DNA of 64,000 nt, from NCBI GenBank assembly GCA_004431415.1, contig QPMI01000499.1, forward strand, positions 62,001-126,000, read 5' to 3'. The stretch is from Cyanophora paradoxa CCMP329. Lineage: Eukaryota > Plantae > Glaucophyta. Position numbers and translations under genes: made by a program. Numbering within the stretch: the stretch's first letter is position 1; each line of letters begins with the position of its first letter. This document shows, one piece after another, positions 1 through 11,594 of the stretch. Under the pieces are notes generated by a model. The model was given only the letters and a program-made list of their open reading frames with translations. It searched no databases and was not told the origin of the DNA.

Positions 1-253
1 CGCCGACTCGTGCCAAGGGCAAGGCCCCTCTGGCCCTGCCGGCGCCTGCTCCCACGGACGAGTAAAACTCTCTCTGGGCCTGGCCGGCTTGGGCAGCCGC
101 CAGAGCAAGGCCCTGAAAATTTTGCGAAGCACCGCGAAATTTTTCGCCAGCCCCCGGCCTTCTGCGAAAGCGCCGGCGTGTCGCTGTAGTATAGCGGCCA
201 GTATACCTGCCACGAGCGGGCTGTACATTTGTACATTTGTACATAAACTCTTG

Positions 254-850
254 ACGTCGGGGACGACGTTTTCCGAGAAGAGGAGTGAGGTGACGAGCCG
301 TGAGCTCGCGCCTCCCGAGGCCTGACCTGGGCCGGCCGTACCCTAGCAACGGGTACAGCGCTTTCCGAGAGGAGGAGTCCCTCCTCTCTCTCTCGCGATT
401 AAGAGTGTGAGTGGGCCCCGGTGCGCATCTAGCAGCCGCGCAGTGCGCGAGCACGCGATGATCATGAGCCCCTTGTAAATTTGTAAATATTTGCAAATAT
501 TGGCATCCGGTTCGCCCTCTGCGCGAAACCGAGCGTCGCGTACCCCTCCGGGAGGGTACAAGTCTTCCGAGAGGAGGAGTCCATCCTCTCTCGCGAAGCG
601 AGCCCTGGAGCTCGCTGAAGAGGCGGCCCAACGCCCTGAGGCACGCCGGTACACACCCCACCGGGCGGCTCGGTTGCCGCCGCGGTCGTCAGTCTTCCGA
701 GAGGAGGAGTCCCTCCCCCCCTCGAGGAGCCGATCACGAAAGGAGCAGATCGCTGCCTCAAAGAGCGCCTGTGCACGCCCCGACGAGCTGCCTGGCCGCG
801 GCCGCAAGTGTCTGTCTTCCGAGGGGAGGAGTCCCACTTGCGGATCCCCT
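254..850. repeat. Five-copy dispersed structured repeat: variable hairpin + (AGTC)TTCCGAGAGGAGGAGTCC core
   Basis: Core seen at ~271, 363, 565, 695 and 817 with unique 70-180 nt spacers. Each core is preceded by a hairpin, and the best copies fold GAGAGGAGG-AGTC-CCTCCTCTC. Confidence 0.8.
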
Positions 851-1679
851 GATGAACGCCCTGACTGGCCTCCGAGCCGTCACGGCTGCACGATTGTGAA
901 AGTGGGAGGCCGACGGCCCCACTGTGCATGCAGCTGCCTTCGGCTTTGGCCGATCGCGAGCTTCGGCGAGCTGAGCTGCCGAGCTCAAACGTGAGCTGAG
1001 GGGGCTTGGCCTGCAGCCCGCCTAACGCTGCAATAAAAGCTCCAGCGAGGCTCGCAAGTTGCGGCCCGCCCAAGAGAGCTGAAGATGGGCGAGGAGCCTC
1101 ATGGCCCCGTCTCATGCAATTGAAATTGCAAGGAGCTCCGGATTCCGCAAGGCCCGAGAGTCTGCGGCGGGAAGCTGCCTTCGCACGTGCTGAAAGTAAG
1201 AGGCCGCGGCCCAAGGCCCGTGCCCGCTGCACGCTGCTCCGTCGAGCCCCAGCGAGGCTCTCAGCCTGCGCTAGGGAGCTGATCATGACGACGAGTGCGC
1301 TGAAAGATGCGGCCCTTGGCCCCATCGCGCGCTGGAGCTGAAGCGCTCCGAGACGTGATCCGCGAGCCCCGAGCTCGGGATCCACTCTCAAAGAAAGCTC
1401 GACGCCCGAGGCGATCGCGAGACGCCTGGCCCAGCGCTTGGCCGCGCGTCGTGAGCTTGACAGGCGGCCTCTCGAGCCCCTGCAAAATTTGTGAGCCTCC
1501 GAGCTCCAAAGAAGGGCGAGCCTGAGGCCATGGTGCCCTCGAAAGCTCGAGCCCGAAGCAAAGTCCTGGCCCGCGGCGCGCTCTGCGAGACGGTCAGGCC
1601 GCTGGCACTGGCCCCGAGCCTGGCGCAGCGACGGCTCCATTGCGAGCCTGGCAATTATGAATTCATTGCAATTGAATTC

Positions 1680-1882
1680 AAGTCCTGGTAACGCCCGCCG
1701 AGTTGGCATCCAGGCGGCGCGCTGCGGCCACGAGCCGAGCGTGTGACGGGCATTATTGCCCCGCCCATCGTGAGCGAATGAAGTCCTGGGGACGCCCGTT
1801 CAGTTGGCATCCAGGCGGCGCGCTTCGACTCGACGTCGAGCGACGCGACGGGCAGACTCGCCCTCCGCCCATAGTGAGCGAC
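1680..1882. repeat. ~101-bp diverged tandem duplication
   Basis: AAGTCCTGGnnACGCCCGnnnAGTTGGCATCCAGGCGGCGCGCT...GACGGGCA...CGCCCATnGTGAGCGA occurs at ~1680 and ~1781. A TATA-like CTATATAT follows at ~1960. Confidence 0.8.
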
Positions 1883-3242
1883 GGGCCGGGGCTTGACGAC
1901 CCCGATCTTGGCGCGTTCCTGACGAGAACGGCGCGACGGGGCTAAACGACCCCTGGGCCCTATATATCCTGAATCGAAGTCCCAGTGAATGGGCGGTCGG
2001 CCGGCTCAAGGTCCGTGCACGACGACGAGAGCTCAACGTCTCTCATGCATGAGAATCCACATCGGGGACGCTCGATGCTGGCTCTTCTCTCCTAGATGGA
2101 AGTCACGGGCTCGGGCAGGGGTGCTCGGCGCCGCGTGCGGCAAAACCGGATTGCACTCTTGTGAGCGGTACCCGGTCCCAGAGCCGGCTCTATCCTCGTC
2201 GGCACGGTTGAATCCTCGCCGATCCGATTACCTGTACTTCACCACTGCGAGAGCCTAAGGAGTGCTCGCCTGGGTGGAGCTCTGCGCGGCTCGCACTTGG
2301 GTCACTCGACCGCGTCGCGGTTGGGGGGCACACCGGAGGGGGCCGTACGCTGCCTGCGCGCCACGTCGCCTCGCGCTGCTCTTTCGCGTTCGCATCTGCG
2401 GCGTGCTCTCGCGGCGCTTGCATGGCATCTGGGCGAAAGCCCGCTGTGGAAAGACATCCAATGTACAAACCAATTCCTCACCCCCTTGAGCCGCCGGCTC
2501 GAAGCTTGACCTTGGCCCCCTGGGCCGGAGACGGACGATTATTTGCGGCCTGCTGCCGCCCCTTTGACTCGGTTTTACATTTAGAATTTGGTAAATGATT
2601 TATATATAATCAGATCTTGGCTTTGATTTAGAGATTCGATGATTTAGCGATGTGAATAGCCCTATAGCTACCGGCCAGCGGTCTTCTTCAATTCCCGGCA
2701 GTAGCCGGCCACTTGTCTATTTTCAATTCCCGGCAGTCGAGCCGCCGGCGTGCGCGAAATTCGCGGATCTGTAAATACGGCTTCCAGTCTTTTATTCCCG
2801 GCAGTGTCCTGCCGCGAAACCTTGTAAATATGCTTGCTTGTAGTGATTTCCGTGGTACTTAGCCCACGAGGACGTGGCCTTCCGAGTGCCACGGTGGAGG
2901 AGTTGTCGCATGCATGATTATCGTGCATGCGGAGCTAGATAGTGCAGCCTTCGTGCTGCTAGATGCTAGTGCAGCCTACGTGCTGCTAGGGCCGACGTCG
3001 GCGTCAGTACGCCTCGGCCACCTCTTATTATAGCTAATACGGGTACGCCGGGCCTGTCCGGGTACACATCATTCATTAGGGATACAGTGTTACTTGCATT
3101 ACTACAGAAGCGACAGCGATCCCTCGTGATCCACTGAGCCCCGTCGAGCCACGCTCGACCGGGAGCCTCCCCGCGTGCTTCCCCACTAATCCCGCACGCG
3201 ACAGCGCCCAGGGAAGTCGGATCAAATTCGATTCCGGTTCTC

Positions 3243-6200
3243 GTGCCGCCTCATGCTGCAATTTCGAGCTCCGGGCAGTCTGCTCATGATCAGGCTGCGA
3301 ATTCGCGCTGCGGGAAGTCTGTGGCATCGGGAGGAGCGAGTTTCGCGGAAGGCCCGCACGCACAGCGCCAACCCGCGGCCGCCGCCACGTGCACCGGAGA
3401 GCGCGCAACCGGTCTCGAGCTCGAGTCGGAGCCGGCAGCGGCCTGCGCGGATCCGGACGGCCGCGTGTGCCGGATCTGCCGAGGCGGGCCCGTCGAGGAC
3501 GACCACCGCGAGCTCTTCCAGCCCTGCGGCTGCTCCGGCAGCATGTCCTTCGTCCACGAGGTGCGCATAATAATAAAAGTCGAACTTAGGGCTTCAAATC
3601 GCGGTCTGAAGATTTGAAATCGATTAAAAGTCGAATTTATTATGGGCTTCAAATCGCGGTCTGATCATGAAGATCTGAAATCAATATTTGCGGTTCTTTG
3701 CAGGATTGCCTTCTGACGTGGCTGGCGAAGAAGGGACGCGAGCAGTGCGAGATCTGCAAATGCAATGTTCGCGAGCGCTCCGGGAAGTTTCGATCGCGAA
3801 CACGGAATTAACAATTTAAACTCGAATTTGCTCGACAGATCAAATTCCAGGAGGTCAAGACCCCAATCGCGACCCCGGCTCTGCCCCCGCAGGCTCTCCG
3901 CAACGCCTTGTGGCGCGATATTCGATTCCACATCGTATTTACTCTTCTTAAGCTTATTCTTTTTTTAGTGCACGTGATTACATGAATTGATTTCTTTCGA
4001 TTTACGCAGGACCAGTTCCTCGATATTTTTGCGATCGTTCTGATCGCCGTCCTTCACTGTGCTCGCGCTGCCTCCGGATTCATCCTTTTTTACTGCTTGT
4101 TCAAGCACAACTGCGCATGCCTCCGTCTGTTCCACGTTCACGCTTCCGCCCCTGACATTCCAGACTGGCTTAAACTCAGCGAGTTCACCATTACGGTTCT
4201 CGCGTATCTTGACGGTACAATTAAATTCGAGTGCGTTTGAATTGGAATTTACTTTTAATTATATAAACGAGCACGTGCGCTTTTGCATCTTTGAATTTAA
4301 TGTTAATATTGATCATTATCTAGGCGGTACCTAAGCGAGCTTGCGAAAAAATTGAACGAGGTGCGCAAAGACTCTGAATGAGGGGCCAAAATTATACGTA
4401 TACGTATATATATTTACGTATGCGCAGTTGACCGGCGCACCTCCGTCTGCGTCCGCATGGGCATTCATGCCGCCAGGATCGCCGCCCTCCCCGCACGAGC
4501 TCGCCGGGGTGCGCATACGCATGCCGGCGCCCTCCACCAATTGCAGTGGCCGCGCGCTGACCGGACGCATGCGCAGCGGGCTCTGTGGCTTCAACTTGCC
4601 CGCTACGCCATCGGTAGCACCGTCACCCCCTTGGCTGTGCGCAATCTCGAGCTTCAATGTAGCTCTCAGCGGCTAGATTCCCAAAGCAATATTAATTCGA
4701 ATTTTGAGCGCAGGCGATCGGAGCCGCGGCCGCCTCCCGAGCCGCTATTCCAACGCTTCATTTTCGCATTGAGCTCTACGGGGACACGTGGAGGAACGTG
4801 GTTGCGGTGCAGACATGTTTTAGCGCTACATGTTTTAGCGCTATCATGCGCATACAAAAGAATTCATCGAATTCGCCTTTTCCTCGCGCGCAGTCCCACA
4901 TCGCATGGGCCTGCGTCTATATGTTTTTGAATTTACGCGAGCCTTTCATGCGGTACTCTGTTCTGGATGTCATGCTCAAGATTTCCGCCTGGCCTGCACG
5001 GTGTGAAGGACGCGGGCGTAAGCTCCGCACTTTAATTTGCGATTGGATGTGACGTGTTTTCGCAGCTATCTCTTCGGCCTCTCCGCGGTGCGACAGCTCG
5101 GCGAACCGAGCTCGAGACCCGCCGCCAAGGGGCTGGCCTTCATCCTTTCCTCGACCATGCTCTTCGTCTTCTTCTGCAACCTCATCGTGCTCGCCTCTGC
5201 CCTGGGTACGCACGTATACGCGCGTGGCGCCCAGGAATTTCCAGGAATATAATCATGTTCGCTGCTTAATTACGCTGAACTTGGTGCCGGTCGCCTCCGG
5301 ATCCAGCGGCGGTGTCGCGCCACCTCTTATGCGGTCAGCTGCTCCCGGCTTTTGCAGTCGGGGGGGCTCCGGGGGCGGGGCCTCCGCCCTGCGACGTCAA
5401 GGCCGTCGCGTGCCTTGCTCTCCTCCTCGCCCTCATCGGCCTTCTCGTCTTTGCATGCCGCGCCCTCAAGGTGAATTGATACCGATATGCCATGATGTGC
5501 TACCTATGTGCGAATATTTATAAACATGCTTGAATTTGCAGGCCGACTTCGCGGTCCAACACGCGTACGATTTCTGCGTCACTGTGCTCCTCTTCGCGGT
5601 GCGTGCACGTGCGCTTGCCTCGATTATTTAGATCTATCTAGCTATTTATAGAGTCGTTTTAGTTTAATAATTGATAAATATCGACACACGTGAACGTTGC
5701 ATGATATTAGTTTCGACATATTCGAATTCATCGTGCGCGTGCCTCGCTAATCAAGATCTAGATCTAGATTTGGTTTTCTATTCTATTATATTCTATTTCT
5801 ATCAAGATCTAGAGCTAGTACTGGTCGTCTATTTTCTAATCGAAGCCGTCGACATGTGCACGTGCACCGCTTTTGCAGATCATCCATGTGCTGCTCATTT
5901 CAGTCCCTGTGCTGGTTGGAATCTTCTTCTCGTACGTCGTATTCCCCTACCCAGCACCCGACACCACCGACTCGGCGGTCAGTGCGCGTGGGTCGCCGGT
6001 CGCAGCTGCGTGCGCATGCGCACGCCGCTGCTGCAACTGATGCCCGATCTGTACTTTTAGGCCGGTTTCTTCTACACCGCTTGTCACTGGCTGTGGCTGT
6101 GGATCCTAGGATCCCTCATCGTGGTACGTGCATGTACGCGTGCGCATATGCATATGCATATGCATGCACGTGATCACGTGCACGCGCAGTATCTAGATTT

Positions 6201-8045
6201 AGCTATATTGGGGAAGGGTAAAACACTTCCCCTGTCCCTCTCCTTTGGGCCCAACCCTGCCCCAAATCCCGTTTCCCCGACTTCCTCAAAACCCGGGCCG
6301 CGCGGTACACCCTGAAAGCCCATCCCCAGGGGACCCCGAAACCAAGTCTCCCGGTCCCGTCCGACCAAAGGGTGATCCAGGAACAGGCACCAACACCCGG
6401 GACAAAAATGGGTCCAGCGATGTACAGGGAGCAGATATACGGGCCAGATCAGTTCGAGATCGATGCTTGCATTATTCCCGACATTCTGTAATGCGAGAGC
6501 GAGGCCGGGCGCGAGCGCGGTCGCGTAGTAGGACGTTGCGCGCGCTAACCAATCACATTGGAGAGTGCGTTAACTTACCCTGCGAAAACCTCTTAAGGTA
6601 CCCCCCCGGCCGCTTTCTCCCCCGGGCGCCGCAGCTCGGCTCGGCTCAACAATGGTTACGCCTCTCGCGCGCGTGGCAGTTTGCTGTGGCTCAGCGGCTA
6701 GCCGTGCCAGCCGCGCACGCTTCACCCGCGCCAACCGCGCACGCCCCGACGGAATTGCACAAGCCGGCCGCAAGCCGGCCGCACTTGGCCGGCTATGCCA
6801 CTTGCAACAAGCCGACGCCCGCGCGGCGCGCGCGCCGCGCGACGCAGAGCCCCCGCGCGCGCGCGATGCATATGCGCATGCCTGCTGCAGCCGCGGCCGC
6901 TGATCATGAGCTGGCCCGCTGCGCCGCTTTCTGAGCGGAACGTGAGCTTGAGCAGCGTCCCCGCGCCCGCGCCCAGATCGCGCGGAGGCCCAGGCCAGCC
7001 GGCGCCGCGCGCCTCCGCGCCACGCCGTGACGCACCCGCAGCACATGTACTACGGTACATGTGCACTAGTACTCGTGCACCCGCCACGCCTCACGCGCGC
7101 GACGGTCGCGGGGCATGCGCAGGAGCTCGAGAACGTCCACATGTACACAAGGTTATAATTAATATTAACGCGTACGTTCAATTTGCGAGCCATCCCCCGG
7201 CCCGCCCCCGGGGCCCGCGCCCTATATAGCTAGGCCCTGAGGCCTACCTCTAGAGGACAGCTCGCCTCGATATCGATCGCGAGGACATGTACTACGGTAC
7301 AGCTCGCCTGGCATGGGCAGCGCTAGCCTCGGAGCCGGCGCGGCCCGGCGGCTCGCCCGCCCACCGCGCGCCCTCTTAAGCTTAAGCTTAAGTCCCTGCT
7401 CTCTGCATCTAGATCTAGATCTTCGAATTCGCCGAGGTTAAATGCCCTTCCCCGGACCCAACTGACGCGCGCGGCAAGTCAGTGGCCCTTTATATAGCTA
7501 GCTATAGACGCTCGATGCTCGCACACGAACAATATTAATTAATTTAAATATGATTGCAATCGCAAGCTATCTCAAAGTCTAATTAAAAACGCCGGCGCCG
7601 CGCGCGCAGTGGGCACTCAAATCTCCTGCTGGGGAAATTGTCGTCGGAAAGCCCATCCACCGCCTGCTGCAGCTCCCCGCCCACGGGGGCGAGCTCGAGG
7701 ATGCGGTCCTCGCCCTCGTCGCCGCGGTTCCCCTCCTCGCCGCCGCCGCGTGGGCCGTCCTCCGCTGGTGCGGGCCGGGCGCCGCCCCGCTCCTCTTCCG
7801 CGGGCCCCTCGTCCTCCTCGCCTGCCTGCGCGTGGCCTTCGCGGTGCGCGCCGCGGCGTAAGAAATTAGAAATTTAAAGGAATAATTGTGGTGGTCGATA
7901 TCAGATCCGGGAGTGGGTGCGGAGCGCGGAGCGGCGGGCGCGCGCGGAGGTCTTCGGCCCGGGGGCGGCCCGCGAGCGGCGCCTCCTCAACCGCCGCAGC
8001 GTACGCGTCGACTCGAGCTGCAAAACGAATCCGACGTCGACCTGA
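3243..8045 (+). CDS. RING-CH (RINGv) multi-pass membrane E3 ubiquitin ligase, MARCH6/Doa10-like (multi-exon; start codon unresolved)
   Basis: CRICRGG...LFQPCGCSGSMSFVHE|DCLLTWLAKKGREQCEIC is a C4HC3 RING-CH split by an intron at 3561. Many hydrophobic exons follow (4010-4215, 5066-5200, 5879-5977, 6061-6123, 7610-7843). Last exon 7905-8045 (IREWVRSAERRARAEVFGPGAARERRLLN) resembles the Doa10/MARCH6 C-terminal element. Confidence 0.8.
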
Positions 8046-8712
8046 AGTGCCGCGGGCTCCCAATCGATATATCGAACCAGATGCAATTTCAAATCGAACC
8101 AGATGGTGAATTTCAATTCGATTCGTTGCGAACTCTTATATATACAATACATTTGGGCCGGTCCTCACTTAGGACCCGTCGGATTGTCTCTCACGCTGTC
8201 TTAGGCGGCCAGAGTCTAGATCAGGGAAGGTCAAGTATCCGGACAATTCGACTCCCTCGCGAAGGCCTCGCTAAGCTCTTCTTCGCGATAGAAATTGAAA
8301 GGCTATATAGCTAGGAATAATTGTGGTGGTCGATATCAGGTCCGGGAGTGGGTGCGGAGCGCGGAGCGGCGGGCCCGCGCGCAGTTCTTCGGCCCGGGGG
8401 CGGCCCGCGAGCGGCGCCTCCTCAACCGCCGCGGCGCCAGCGTACGCGTCGACTCGAGCTGAGAATTCGAACCGAATCCGACCTGAAATACGGCCGGCTC
8501 CGAATCATGATTAAACTCAAATCGAACCAGATGTTGAATTTCAATTCGTTGCGAGCTCTTATATATACAATAAATTTGGGCCGGCCGCGGGTCGGCTGCA
8601 ACGTTAACTCCTCCCTTAGGACCCGTCGGATTGTCTCTTATGCTGTTTAAGGCGGCCCATGTCTATATCGGGGAAGGTCAAGGACGATTTCACTCCCTCG
8701 CGAAGGCCTCGC
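7878..8712 (+). repeat. ~435-bp tandem duplication containing the E3 gene's last exon and 3' region
   Basis: AGGAATAATTGTGGTGGTCGATATCAG(A/G)TCCGGGAGTGGG... at 7878 and 8313; both units end ...ACTCCCTCGCGAAGGCCTCGCT. Confidence 0.9.
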
Positions 8713-8902
8713 TTTGCAGAAGTCGGGGCTCTAGATCTAGATCTAGATCTACGTATACGGTGCCGCGCCCCGCGGCCGGCGCCCTCTTCAGCCCTCGCCG
8801 AGTCGACTGCGAGATGCGAGATGGGGAGCATTTAATATTGGCCTGCTCCGGTACAGAAAGTGGGGTATAATACGTATGACTACCTCATGATCAAGATCCA
8901 GT

Positions 8903-10534
8903 TCAGACGCGCTTCTCGAACTCGACGATGCTACCGCAGCCGCTGGCGAGATCTGTGGGCCCCGAGTCGGAAATGCAAGCGGGATCCGTCAGGATGTCGG
9001 CTGCGCGAAAAAGTGTAAGAATGACCATATATAAAATGTATCCGAACAACATGTACAGCATTTTATATATTGCAATCACCGGCGCTCTTGACGACGCGGA
9101 AGATAACCGGCGGGGAGGAGGGGCCGGAAACGGATCCATCGGGGCGAACGACGCGCATGGTGCACATGTAGCGGTCGCCGACCTCCCACGCGGGAAGGGA
9201 GTTTAGGTGGAGCGGCCTGCCGAAGAGCGGGTCCATGATGACGAGGCCCTCGGCTGAGGGGACGACAGAGTGAATGGGAATGTCGCTAGCCAAGTATGAC
9301 CATGGGTTGGGAAACAGTTTCGTAATGTATTCGCTGACAACGGAGAGGGTGATGCCGGTGCGTGAATTGCGGCACTCGGACATCACGTTGTATAAGAGCG
9401 GCCCCGGTTGGAAGAACTCCTCTTCAATGAAGCCAGTCATCTGGATCCGAATCCACAGGTACTCGCGCTCCGGATTCTCCGGGTTCGGATAGCTGCTCTT
9501 TCCCGCAGTGACGTTGGGATTCGACGGTACGGAAAACCGCGCGTTGTCTGCGATTTCAAATTAAATATGATCACGCAAATTTATGCTGCCGAGAAGGTCG
9601 ATATCGATCTATGTTTAATTTATTTGACGCACCGGGCCCGCGGTAGTTGGTGACCGCAGCCCCGAAACAGCCGAAGCTCTCTTCATATGAGCAGGCCGTA
9701 TCCGCCCGGATTTCATCTGTATGTGCGCGCGCAAATTTAAACACGGTCAGGGGTTCATCATCATCAAATTAAACGTCAATGTTCATGTATACGTATGTGT
9801 GGCCGGTCGTCTCAGCTTTCAAATTATTGAATGATACCTAGTTCTCACCTGCGCTTTTGACGACGCGGAGCATGACCGGCGGGTTCGCGGGGCCGGAGAC
9901 CGACTTGTCGGGGCGAACGACGCGCATGGTGCACTCGTAGCGGTCGCCGACCTCCCACCGGGGGAGCGAGTTGACCGTGGCGCCGAAGAAGTTTATGCCT
10001 TCAGTCGAAGGAACGAGAGCCAGAATAGTGCCGCCGAAGCCCACAAAGCCTTCTGTGGCTGAACTAGCGATTTGGAAGAGCAGGTCATCGTTCGCGAGGA
10101 CAAGGCCGGAGGTCAGGTCGCGGCACTCGGCGCGGGCCCGGTACTCCGAGAAGAACAGGTCTTTAACAGGCATCGGCAGCACTGCCGGATCCACGTAGCC
10201 GATGAGCATAATATTAATGAGGACCCTATCCCGAAAGCCCTCGTCTGCAAACTGTCCCCAGTTGGAGAAGACGCCGAAAAGCTGAACCTTTGAAAAGCGG
10301 AAAGGATCTGCGAGAATGAAACGCGCAAGCGCCGCCGGCGCCACGCAGTGGTCATTCTCACACGCAGGGCCGCGCGCGCGAGTGGTCATATGCATGATCA
10401 GAATGGCGATAAAACGCACCCAGCTCGCGCGGATTGGTTTCGACGCCGACGGCCGCGGGGCGCGCGAAAGCGCCGAGGGCCGCGCAGGCCAGGACGAGGG
10501 CCGCCGCGAGGAGCGGCCGGCGCGAGGGCGACAT
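8903..10534 (-). CDS. Secreted protein of unknown family with two tandem ~155-aa beta-rich modules (4 exons)
   Basis: Exons 10534-10420 (signal peptide MSPSRRPLLAAALVLACAALGAFA), 10307-9849, 9547-9080 and 9000-8903 all splice GT-AG in frame. Both internal exons end LPxWEVGDRYxCTMRVVRPDxSVSGPxxPPVxxRVVKSA. Confidence 0.8.
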
Positions 10535-11382
10535 TCCTGCGCGAAGGAGCGCGGGGAGGTGCGCGGGTCGCCGGGCGGGCGCGCAAGTCAGGATTTCGTG
10601 GGAGCGGCGCATCGGGGCGCGCGCGCGCGGGCATCGAGACTCGCGCATCAATTTTTGGGGGCATCGAGAGATCGAGACATCGAGAATCGAGAGACTCGGG
10701 CATCGATTTGTGGGGGCAGCGCGCACGGAAGACGCGGACCGGACCTTGCAAAATTGGCAGCTGCAAAGAGATCGCAGGGTTCAGGCCTCGGTCGCTCGCC
10801 ACTGAGAGTTAGCGCTGCACGCTGCAAGTTTGCAACTGAAATTAAAAACTGGTCGGACGTGACGCCGTGACGTGAATGCGAACCGCTGCAATAAATTTTA
10901 AACTAGTACTAGTTGACGTCTGACTCATGATCATGCCATGATGATCAGTACTAGTACTAGTGCCGTTCCGGTGACTAAGAGCAACTAAGCAACTGAAGCA
11001 ACTAAGAGCCTTCGACTCGGCGAATTCGAATTCCCGTGGAGGGATCCGCGGCCGCGCGCGCCTTCGACTCGGCGAATTCGAATTCGAATTCGAATTCGAC
11101 TCGGCGGATCCGCGCGCGCGCGCACCGCGGCCGCAGCGCAGAGTCCATGCCGCCGGCGCGGCGGCACCGATATCGATCTGGTTAACGTTGCACCCGCGGG
11201 CAGGGCGCAGCAACAGCGCATGCGCATGCGCACGCTAGCGCTGGCGCGGCCGCCGCCCGGCCGGAGGGGTACACCTCGAGCTCCATCGTTTTTTTACGGC
11301 GGTTCACGGCGAGCCTCCTTAAGCTTGAGAATCTGAGATGACCCTCTTTCGCACCTCGGACGTTCATTTGCGAGCGCTAGCC

Positions 11383-11590
11383 GCGTTCCGCCCGCCCGCC
11401 TTCCCGCAGCCAGCCGAGCCAGACTGAGACCGAGACCACGGCGTTCTGCCCGCCCGCCTGCCTGCAGCCAAGACTGAAACCGATACAGCAGCGTTCCGCC
11501 CGCCCGCCTGCCCGCAGCCAAGACTGAAACCGAGACAGCAGCGTTCCGCCCGCTCGCCTGCCCGCAGCCAGGACTAAAACCGACCAAGAC
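11383..11590. repeat. ~50-bp minisatellite, 4 copies, immediately upstream of the kinase ATG
   Basis: Unit GCGTTCCGCCCGCCCGCCTGCCCGCAGCCAAGACTGAAACCGAGACAGCA repeated with few changes. Confidence 0.9.
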
Positions 11591-11594
11591 CAAG

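Noticed and set aside
254-850. CRISPR array
   Set aside because: Spacers are long and irregular (70-180 nt), repeats are degenerate, the context is eukaryotic and there are no cas genes.
462-1709. 415-aa minus-strand ORF
   Set aside because: Arg/Ala/Ser-rich, no motifs, overlaps repeats; typical GC-rich shadow ORF.
7223-7500. MITE with TATATAGCTA target duplication
   Set aside because: No terminal inverted repeats, and the same word also occurs at 8305.
8903-10419. Two tandem paralogous genes (as the ORF track suggests)
   Set aside because: Phase-compatible splice sites join them into one gene with one signal peptide.
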